A stretch of DNA of 35,065 nt. Source: Octopus bimaculoides. Lineage: Eukaryota. The stretch spans positions 73,926,568 to 73,961,632 of the forward strand of contig NC_068982.1 of the NCBI RefSeq assembly GCF_001194135.2, written 5' to 3'. Both the position numbers and the translations under genes were made by a program. The notes beneath the pieces are model-generated. The model saw only the letters and a program-made list of their open reading frames with translations. It was not told the origin of the DNA and did not search any database. Shown piece by piece: positions 25,485 to 35,065 of the stretch. The number at the start of each line of letters is the position of its first letter. Within the stretch, counting starts at the first letter, position 1.

Positions 25485-26343
25485 NNNNNNNNNNNNNNNN
25501 NNNNNNNNNNNNNNNNNNNNNNNNNNNNNNNNNNNNNNNNNNNNNNNNNNNNNNNNNNNNNNNNNNNNNNNNNNNNNNNNNNNNNNNNNNNNNNNNNNNN
25601 NNNNNNNNNNNNNNNNNNNNNNNNNNNNNNNNNNNNNNNNNNNNNNNNNNNNNNNNNNNNNNNNNNNNNNNNNNNNNNNNNNNNNNNNNNNNNNNNNNNN
25701 NNNNNNNNNNNNNNNNNNNNNNNNNNNNNNNNNNNNNNNNNNNNNNNNNNNNNNNNNNNNNNNNNNNNNNNNNNNNNNNNNNNNNNNNNNNNNNNNNNNN
25801 NNNNNNNNNNNNNNNNNNNNNNNNNNNNNNNNNNNNNNNNNNNNNNNNNNNNNNNNNNNNNNNNNNNNNNNNNNNNNNNNNNNNNNNNNNNNNNNNNNNN
25901 NNNNNNNNNNNNNNNNNNNNNNNNNNNNNNNNNNNNNNNNNNNNNNNNNNNNNNNNNNNNNNNNNNNNNNNNNNNNNNNNNNNNNNNNNNNNNNNNNNNN
26001 NNNNNNNNNNNNNNNNNNNNNNNNNNNNNNNNNNNNNNNNNNNNNNNNNNNNNNNNNNNNNNNNNNNNNNNNNNNNNNNNNNNNNNNNNNNNNNNNNNNN
26101 NNNNNNNNNNNNNNNNNNNNNNNNNNNNNNNNNNNNNNNNNNNNNNNNNNNNNNNNNNNNNNNNNNNNNNNNNNNNNNNNNNNNNNNNNNNNNNNNNNNN
26201 NNNNNNNNNNNNNNNNNNNNNNNNNNNNNNNNNNNNNNNNNNNNNNNNNNNNNNNNNNNNNNNNNNNNNNNNNNNNNNNNNNNNNNNNNNNNNNNNNNNN
26301 NNNNNNNNNNNNNNNNNNNNNNNNNNNNNNNNNNNNNNNNNNN

Positions 26344-27160
26344 AGAAATGTTCAATAGGGTTCATATCTGGTGACTGCCTTGGCCATGGAAGCTTTTTAA
26401 GGCCATTCTCTTCCAACCAATCTTGGGTCATTTTAGCAATATGACAAGGAGCCCTATCTTTCATATCTTTAATCATTTTACCACTGGAGAAGATTGAAAG
26501 GAGTCCTTTCTGTAATATGGACACATATTTATCTGAGTTTGTTTCCCTCACACTCCACAAGCTCTGGTCAACCATTGCTCCAAATTGTTCCCCAGACTGT
26601 CACAGAATAGCTGCTGTGTTTCATTGTTGGCTGCAATCTTTTCACAACAAATTCTTGATCACAGAGTCTCTAGACCCACACTCGACCACTGTCAGAAAAT
26701 ACAGCAAATCTGAACTCATCAGAGAATATGACAGTGTCCCAAAATACTAGTGGCTTCTCCACCATCTCACTGGCCCAATCTTTTCTCTGCTTGATATTGG
26801 CTGGTCGAAGAAGTGGCTTCCTTCTTACTGCTCTGCCATAGTAGCCAAGTTTGTGGAGATACCTGACAGCTCTTCTGGGACTGACATCAACTTGTTCTGC
26901 TATGTCAGAGGCCTTGCAACAAGGGTTATCCTCCACACTTTTTTTTAACAACATGAAGGGTCCTGTCAGAGGACCCTGGTTGACCTGGGTGATGTGATGT
27001 GTACTCCTTCTCCTTTCTGGTGAATTGCACAATCACTCTATTAACTGTAGGATCCTAAGGTTTTCTGCAATTTTAAGCTGACTAATCCACCTTCAGATTG
27101 ACCCACAATATGGTCCCTTTAAAATTCAGACAATTCCAAGGCTTCTTTTGTACATGACAT
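26344..27160 (-). pseudogene. Decayed Tc1-family (DD34E) transposase
   Basis: Minus strand: N-terminal ELSEF*RDHIVG HTH-like segment, RRKPLL, VIFSDE, QPTMKH...VWG, KDRAPCH and WPRQSPDMNPIEH. I count 34 residues between the second D and E. Has in-frame stops and frameshifts; the 3' end runs into a gap. Confidence 0.92.
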
Positions 27161-27230
27161 CATTAAACAGTCACTTATAGAACCTGAAGCATAACAATGT
27201 CAATTAAGGAAAAATATAAACCTTTTCAAG

Positions 27231-27383
27231 TTTGGCGTTAGGAAGGGCATCCAGCTGTAGAAACTCTGCCAAATCAGATTGGAGCCTGGTGTGGCCATCT
27301 GGTTTCACCAATCCTCAGTCAAATCGTCCAACCCATGCTAGCATGGAAAGCGGACATTAAACGACGATGATGATGATGATGAT
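27231..27383 (+). mobile_element. SINE-like family C, 3' portion
   Basis: ttggcgttaggaagggcatcc...gatgatgat. Further copies near 5490-5690, 5950-6140, 6805-6990, 13137-13400 (-), 24750-24930 and 30720-30835. Confidence 0.8.
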
Positions 27384-28068
27384 AAAACAATGTTTTATGG
27401 GGTGTCTATTTACTTCTGTCATGCGTGTATGTGTGTGTATGTATGTATCCAGAATGTATATCTATTTATACATATTATTTACATATATCCAGATGTATAT
27501 CCATTTATACATATAATTTATATACCATGAGGCTTTCTTAGAGCTGGATTTTCTACAGGGAGCAATACCCTTGCTTACCCCCAACCTCAGTTTCTAGACA
27601 TGAGTGGTCCTGAGACCAAGGCTTCTGCCACAATTTTTAAGAAATGTAGGGGAAAACTAGCTCAGGAAGGTAGGGATGCTGCTCTCTGAGAGCCTTTCGG
27701 AGCCCCTCTACTGGGCAAGATGGTGTGAGGGCAGTTGTTATGGCATTGGCTTAGATCCAGCCACCCCCCATTAACGGAGACAAAACCTGGATTTAAAACA
27801 CTGGATGATGATGATGATGATGATGATTTATATATATCCAGATGTATATCCATTTATACATATCACTGCATTCATGCTTATGCTTATCTCTACTTGTGAA
27901 AATGTCACACCTACCTTATGAAACATTTAACAGAAAGCCTATTAATGTTAGTACCACACGTTTTCATACTGTATTATTTTTCCAAAGGAGTATGTTGATG
28001 AAATATTTGAATATTTAATGGTGCTAATACTCTGATGACAATGTCTTTATTTTACATTTCCATCCTAG

Positions 28069-28234
28069 ATTGCATCTGTCAAAGAGTATCCTGAGGCCAA
28101 AGCAGAACTGGAGAAACTTGAAGAAAAAGTGTTCAATTGGACCCTTAAGATCCATGATGTATGTGTTAAAATTCTTGATGAAGAAGAAATTTTGGCAAAA
28201 ACACAGATTGATGGCATTCTTAAGCAAGTACAAG
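28069..28234 (+). CDS. JMY: JMY/WHAMM-like coding exon (coiled coil); probably exon 4
   Basis: tttccatcctag|ATT...CAA G|gttggt. Encodes IASVKEYPEAKAELEKLEEKVFNWTLKIHDVCVKILDEEEILAKTQIDGILKQVQ, similar to JMY LDQLEADYYDLQLQLYEVQFEILKCEELLLTAQLESIKRLI. An in-frame TAG immediately upstream fixes the 5' boundary. Confidence 0.87.
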
Positions 28235-28400
28235 GTTGGTTTGTTTCATCATCTTGTTTACTCAGGATGAGAAATGTTAGGGTTGTGTTTGAGGATTATA
28301 TTTCTTTGTGAATTGTCTCATTCAAAGAATTTTTTTTTTATTGGTGCTTGCCACAATCCTCTGGTTCATCAGCTCATGTCAAACTGTCCAACCTATGCCA

Positions 28401-28558
28401 GCAGGTGTGGCTATGTGATAAGAAGTTTGCTTCTCAACCACATAGTTCCAGGTTCAGTCCCTCTGCATGGCACTTTAGGCAAGTGTCTTCTACTATAGCC
28501 TTGGGCTGACCAAAGTCTTGTGAGTGGATTTGGTAGACAGAAACTGAAAGAAGCCTGT

Positions 28559-28591
<33 letters not shown>

Positions 28592-28825
28592 TATGTATGT
28601 ATGTGTGTGTGTGTTTCTGTGTTTGTCCCCACCCCCACCATCACTTCACAACCAATGTAAGTGTGTTTACATCCCTGTAACTTAGCAGTTCAGCAAAAGA
28701 GACAGATAGAATTAGTACTAGGCTTACAAAGAATAAGTCCTGGGGTCGATTTTTTTTACTAAAAAGCCTTTAAAGGCAGTGTGCCAGCATGGCCACAGTC
28801 ATTTGAGTGAAACAAGTAAAAGAAT
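28401..28825 (+). mobile_element. SINE family A, diverged full-length copy
   Basis: Colinear with 8838-9243. Confidence 0.8.
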
Positions 28826-28904
28826 AAATGAATGATAATGAATGATAATGAATGATAATGAATGATAATGAATGATAATGAATAAATGAATGATAATGAT
28901 GATG
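28824..28904. repeat. 10-bp tandem repeat (AATGATAATG)n
   Basis: Five perfect units at 28831-28880 plus degenerate flanks. Confidence 0.92.
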
Positions 28905-31058
28905 TAGTGTTTCTTTCTTCTGTGATCAGATATTTAGTTCCGCTATATGACACCTTTTACTATAGTCCCTTTGCCACACAATGCCTTGAGAGTGAATCTA
29001 GAGGCTCTTGCGTGCCAGAATGTGTGTGTGCATATGTGTATATTTGATGACTAGTGTTGCTTTATTCTTAGCAAAAATTTGGTAAAAAAGACTAACGGAA
29101 TAAATACTAGACTTTAAAAAAAAAAAAGAAAACAGGTATTGAGGTCCAAACCCTTCAAGTGGTGCCCCAGCATGGCCAATGATTGAAGCAAATAAAAGAG
29201 TAACACAATAGCTGTCTTTTTTTCTTACTGCGTGGAGAAAAATGTATTGTTTCCAAGAATCCTTCCTTTTGTAACAGTTAAGACTTTAGCAGGAGCATGA
29301 CATCATAGTTGTGTCGGCTGCCTTTTGTTTATAAATGTCTTACACTTTTCCATTGGTCAATTTTACTGTCCATACATCGATTCTAATCTTCTCTTTCCCA
29401 TGAAGAAAGGTTCTTAGAATCAGGCTTATGGCAGTAATAAAAACCCTGATTTTTGGGAAATTATTCAGTGACCCTTGGTTTGCCACATGGGACCTTGTCA
29501 CTCATTCTGACAATGCTATTTTGCATTGTTCATCCTTCTTGACCTTATGTCATACCTTTCTAAACCTTTCCTTAGAGTAATTTTGAGGAACTGAATAAGA
29601 AAATTTTTCCTGTCATCTTTCTCATGACAGACTCTTTCAAAACATGTTTTTTCTTCTTTATGATAAGTACTGCAATTTTTCCTATCACTATTATGTTGTG
29701 ATAAATTAATTGTAAATATTGGTGTTACATCTAGTCCTTCTCTTGGTATTTATCTGTACGAACTCTTATCGTATTATTATAAGGAAAATGATTTAGCTAA
29801 AGATTTATTTGTATACACTTTATGAAGTTATACTCAAGCTTTTGTCAACGAGAGAATACAGTCAACCCAGTATGAAGAAACGAAATAACATTCTTAAGAT
29901 AAACATGACTTCCTAATTTCACTTTCACATATCTTCACCTTGCTATTAAAAACACATTTTCTTAATCTGTTTAAACTGTCTTATAACGGTGATATTAGTG
30001 GAATGTCGGTATCTTCAACATACATGTCGAACACCGTTACGAGTGTATATTACTTCTAACATTCTGTTTACGCCTCATATTACTTCTAGCGTTCTGTCTA
30101 CACCTTACAACTAAATGATTGATAACCCGACATAACCAACATCCACACCGTTATACTTTTGATCTGATCAACTTTTTTTTTTTATTTAAAAAAAAACTCT
30201 TTTGACAAGAATCAGTCACAAAGTTTTGAGCCTTACAAATTTCTTTGTAAAAATGTTTATTATCACACCACATATCTAAGATGATATTAAGTATGCAAAA
30301 ACAGGTTGCCAAGAAATGATTACTTTCCTTACAAAGATTTCTACTCAATTTCTACACTTGTCACCTACTCTTCCTTCTTTATCACTCCTTACTACCTGTT
30401 CTTCATTTTATTCACCCTCTCACCCACACTTCCTGTTCTTCTGTCCCCATTCAGTTCTACTCGTTTCGTATCTTGAGGGTCTATCCTGACACCTCATCAC
30501 CACAATGTTTTATCTTTTTCCAGCTCCATCCTGAGTGCTCTCACCTATTTCTTTATAATGTATGTAGCAGGTGGGCGGGTCCATCTATTCATCCACCCAT
30601 GTTTTGATATCATGAGATGGTTGTAAACAAGCATCATTGTCATACAACTGGTGTTGTTTGTTTCCACACTTCTGTGGAAAACGTGCCTGGCCATGGGGAA
30701 ATATTACCTTATTTGGAAACAGCTGAGGATTGGTAACTAGAAGGGCATCTGACTGTAGAATAATATGCCTCAATAGATTCCATTTGACCCAAGCAAGGCT
30801 GGAAAAGTGGATGTTAAAGTGATGATGATGATCATGAGAAACTTAAATGCAGAGAAGCAGATGTGACATGTAGGGTACAACCATTAAGTTCTGGAAAACT
30901 GTTAGTTACATAAATGTTAGCATGGCTAACGAAAGTCAGTCTGGGGGTTGAAGGTATAAAAGGGTCCTTTTTTTGTTTCTTTTTATAAAAGTAATAATGA
31001 ATTTTATGTGATGACAGTCACAATATAGTTTTCATTTTTTTTTTTTCTGATTGGTCAG

Positions 31059-31225
31059 ATGAAGAAGAATCTGGTGTTTTCTATGATGCATTTGAAGATG
31101 CAGAAAGTTTGAAAGAATATGATGAACCAATGACTACAACAACAGCATCTAACCCGCACCTGCAGCATCTAAAAAGTCAGATAAACCGTATCCAACAGAA
31201 GAAAGCATCTTTTCGAAACAAAAAG
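31059..31225 (+). CDS. JMY: JMY/WHAMM-like coding exon; probably exon 5
   Basis: Poly-T tract plus ggtcag|AT, in phase with the previous exon. Encodes DEEESGVFYDAFEDAESLKEY...RIQQKKASFRNKK, similar to JMY DEVVYYDTYES...RVSAKKSYLRNKK. Likely donor AAG|gcaagt. Confidence 0.87.
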
Positions 31226-31407
31226 GCAAGTTTTTTTCTTTTATTCACTGCAAAATCAAAGTTAGTCAAGTTCATAAGTCCAGTTAGAATGACTTAGACT
31301 GCAGGGATTTTATTTATTTTTGTAGGCTATAAGGGGCAGGTCTGGAGTAAGGAACAATACCCATAGCTTTTGCAGCCTCTCTGAGACCAGTGAGAATCAT
31401 TACTCTC

Positions 31408-31879
31408 TGTAACAAAATTTTAATTTTTTTTTTTTGTCTTTGGTCAGTAAGTGTTATTTCCTATTTGCTTCTATCTAGAAATCGAAGGAAATGACTAATA
31501 TTCCCTTCAAACTTTGCTTTTGTGACCTGGACACGAGTGTTTGAAACTCACCTCTTTTCCATTAGATTTCAGATAGATCCAGCACTGAGTTGATGGAGCA
31601 AAAATATCATTATAGCTAATATTCTGCTCAACCACAGATTTTGCTTGACCTTAACTACTTGAGCATGTTCCTTGGTGGTGGACAGTATGTGCATCTCTGA
31701 TTGTGAGCAGGAGTAGAGTGGGAGAGCATCATAGCCATGTGTTGAAAGGGGTTCTTTGGGATTTGAATAAATGTAACAAAAGCAAAGTTTGTAGAAAATA
31801 TTAGCCATTTTCCATACTTTCTAGTGGTAAGCAAATAGAAAATAACAGTTACTACTCAAGGACAAAAATTGTGTTACAC
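31408..31879. mobile_element. ~470-bp MITE-like element with ~100-bp imperfect TIRs (copy 2)
   Basis: Colinear with 4753-5210, including the internal ttgaccttaactacttgagcatg segment. Confidence 0.75.
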
Positions 31880-32454
31880 AATGTTATTATTTTAATTCAA
31901 CTTTCCTAAGTAATGCTTTGAATGAACTTGATATCAACCAAGGTGACATTTTGCTTTTCACTGCATCAAATAATTATAACTTTTCCAGTATTTAATCACA
32001 TTATTATGGGTGTGGTAGTGTTTTTGCCTGTATATTTTCATATTACTACTACAACTGTTTTTAAAGCTGAATTACATCTTCATTTATAACCAATAAACTG
32101 TAATATTATTGTTTTTGTTGACATTCTGACCAGTTGCTCTGCACTTTCAAATATCTGTGAATTATAAACATCATCATCAACCCCCTAGACATTACTATCT
32201 CAAGTATTAGGACACGTAAGGTTGGATGCCTGATTTTCATGGCATACATGTGACCAAGTTCACCACGTTTCACCTGAACAGAAAGCTAGTTGCAGGGTTA
32301 CAGATTTACAACTAAGTAAACTGGAATAATGTGAAATGAAGTGTTTTGCTCAAGAACATAAGCACTGTCCAGTTTGGGAATTGAAACCACGATCTTGTGA
32401 TTGTGAGTGCAACACTCTAACTACTAGGCCATGTGGCTTTACAATACAAAAATA

Positions 32455-33091
32455 GGATCTATTTCAAAACGGGGGCACCAGTATTTTCTTAACGAAACAC
32501 TAATGAAACACTTTGAAACTTGGGACACTGGTAGAATGTGTCATATAAAACATCTTTTACTCTTAGTCTTCTTAACAAAAAAACGTACATCGCAAGTTAT
32601 TCCATGTTAAAGTTGTCGTATTTCTGTAATTTCAACCAATCACTGACGTCTATTCAGCTCAATAGAGTTACTGCTGGGCGGTCATAAAAATGTTATTCCC
32701 TGTGACATATTTCATCTGGTTTAATCGCAATTTATACGCATATATTGTTTATATAATAAATTACGCTGTATGTATCTATGTGTGTAACAATTTTAGAGTT
32801 CGGATTCTAGAGTTAGGGTTAGGGTTAGGGTTAACAGTCTAGTTAGGGTTAGGGGATTAATACGATATACACCGTTACAGCGCTAACTGTTTTCAACTGA
32901 ATAGACGTCAGTGATTAGTAGAAATTATCGAAATAAGACAATTTTTTACATGAAATAAATTCGAATACAAAAATTTTTTTCTGTTCTATAACACAAAATA
33001 GATAAGTATACGAAGTTTGAAAGTCTTTCGGTACCAAAAACACTACATAAAACATAAATGAAAACTGGTGCCTCCGTTTTGAAATAGATCC
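32455..33091. mobile_element. Non-autonomous TIR DNA transposon, Merlin-like (GG termini, 8-bp TSD)
   Basis: 28-bp TIRs GGATCTATTTCAAAACGG(G/A)GGCACCAGT at 32455-32482 and 33064-33091 (1 mismatch). TSD CAAAAATA at 32447-32454 and 33092-33099. Superfamily assignment is inference. Confidence 0.85.
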
Positions 33092-34599
33092 CAAAAATAT
33101 AATCAAGAATGTTATTTTCAAAGCCAAAATCTGTTTTCCCTAAGGGAAAATTTGACAGTTGTATTAGAATGTTAAGTGGCTTATAAACAAGCTACTTATT
33201 GTCTTGCTCAAAAATAATAGTTTCAATCTTTCCTGCACTGATTGATTAGAGAAGTAAACAAAGTTTGTTTGCTTTTTAAAATAAAAATGTCTCTAGAGTC
33301 CTTATATTTGATTTGTAATCTAGAAAACCTTTTAAATTGTGTTTATATACTGCCGTGAAATGTAATTTTCCCCTAATGACTACTAATTAAGAACATAGGT
33401 TAGTATAAAATATATGGGTGGTCATTGCTCTTTGCACTTGACTCTTTAACTAGTTTCCGTGATTTGACTGTGGCCATGCTGGTGCACTGCTTTGAGGGGT
33501 TTAGCTGATCAAATTGAAAAGAACAAGCAAAAATGGATCTATCATGTTGCAGGATTTAATGCCTTTGTTACCATATTTCTGTTAAAATACACTGCCTTTG
33601 TTTCAATTTTAATTTTGAAAATGATGAAGTGTTTAATAGAATAACTGTATCATTAGTAAAGTGGTGTTTGGAAAATAAATTAGCTTGAAATTTTGATGGA
33701 AGGTTTTAATTTAACCTTTTTATTGCCATATTTCTGTTAAACTAAACTACCTTTGTTTCAATTCATTTCGACAATAATAAAGAATTTAGGATAATAAATA
33801 TGTCAATAATAAGTTGGTGTTTGGGACCTAGATTTGCTCTTTAATATTTAAACCGGCCATATCTGGCCAAAATATTTAATCTGTTTTATGTTCAAACTGA
33901 CCAGATCCAGGCTCTCACACCTACCCTACAATGTTATTCTACATTAAGTAATTACACCATCAAGATCTTGAAGATGAGATAATGCATGATTAATTCAAAT
34001 CAATGTGAATCAATAAGCATATTATGTTTGATAGAATAATCTGAACACTAAAGGGTTAACACAAAATGTTAATAGATGTAAATTTAGATCACTTTAAAAT
34101 AAGGAATTTGTATCAAAGAACTATGGTTAATCTCAGACAAATTGATAAAGGTTAAAGAAAATAGGTGAATGATATTAGCACAGTCGACACTAGGAGAATA
34201 GACTAGATTATGGAACAGACCAAAAATGAGTTAGGGTGACAACTTCACCTGCTACTTGGGATCTACATGGACATGAATGACCAGAGCTAAATGTTGGTGA
34301 AGACACCTAAAAGAGGATCCCTCTTCAGGAGTAATGCTAGCACTGGAGCAAATAGCAGCGGGCCAATGCAATAAAGTAAACAAAGCTGAAATATTTTTAT
34401 ATTTAATCAAGGTCATCACTTTAGAATGTTAATGATGTCTTTGATTGAAAATACATCTGGTAGACTAATTAGTAATTTACTTATTGTTACATTTTAATAT
34501 TACATTTTGTGCACCAGACATGGCTGTGTGGTTAAGAAGTTTGCTTAGCAACTATGTGATTTCAGGTTCAGTCCCACTATATGGTAGATTGGGCTGTGT

Positions 34600-34805
34600 A
34601 TTCCACTAGACATCCTCAAACCATGGGTCCAGCAGAACAGTGAACGTATGACAACTGGAGGGAAAGTGAGGGCTGCGCCAACAGTCAGCTGATACTCATT
34701 TTCAGGTGACCAGACTGAAGCAATGGGAAATGTAGTACTTTGCTCAAAGACACAATGTACACCCAGTCCAGGAATTGAACCCAAGACCTTACGATCACAC
34801 ACACT
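34600..34805 (-). mobile_element. tRNA-headed SINE with CORE/Meta-like domain
   Basis: Minus strand GGTTCAATTCC followed by tgtgtctttgagcaaagtac; related copy at ~32300-32440. Confidence 0.55.
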
Positions 34806-34975
34806 CACAATAGGCTTCTTTCAGTTTCCATCTATCAAATCCACTTATAAGGCTTTGGTTGGTCTTTGGGGTTATAATAGAAGACACATGCCCATGGTGT
34901 CATGAAGTGTGGGATTGAACCGAAGACCACATAGTTAGCAAACAAGCTTATTAACCACACAGCCATGCCTGCACC
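34806..34975 (-). mobile_element. SINE family A, 5' half
   Basis: ggcttctttcagtttcc...accacacagccatgcctgcacc. Confidence 0.7.
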
Positions 34976-35013
34976 TATATATATATACATATATATATGT
35001 GTGTGTGTGTATA

Positions 35014-35065
<52 letters not shown>
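34976..35065. repeat. (TA)n/(TG)n microsatellite
   Basis: Directly visible. Confidence 0.95.

Noticed and set aside
32813-32854. TTAGGG repeats as a chromosome end or fusion scar
   Set aside because: Only five units, all on one strand, enclosed within a TSD-bounded element.
31226-35065. Search for the next JMY exon (QERQRTLDRL-like) and WH2 domains
   Set aside because: No matching frame with splice sites found; presumably beyond the window.

Overview
AT-rich, repeat-dense animal genomic DNA with eight N-gaps. The SINE/MITE repertoire looks like Octopus to me (recognised from memory, not database-checked). The window holds the 5' part of a + strand JMY/WHAMM-family actin-nucleator gene with four visible coding exons (15938-16778, 21399-21480, 28069-28234, 31059-31225). 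The last has a likely GC-AG donor, one ~30-codon exon is missing (probably in a gap), and the C-terminal proline-rich/WH2/acidic region is not found here. The rest is intronic or intergenic: tRNA-headed SINEs, piggyBac-like and other TIR MITEs, a decayed Tc1 (DD34E) transposase, a Merlin-like element with an 8-bp TSD and internal TTAGGG repeats, several foldbacks that could form dsRNA in the pre-mRNA, and microsatellites. I see no convincing novel multi-gene system; the best leads are structural.
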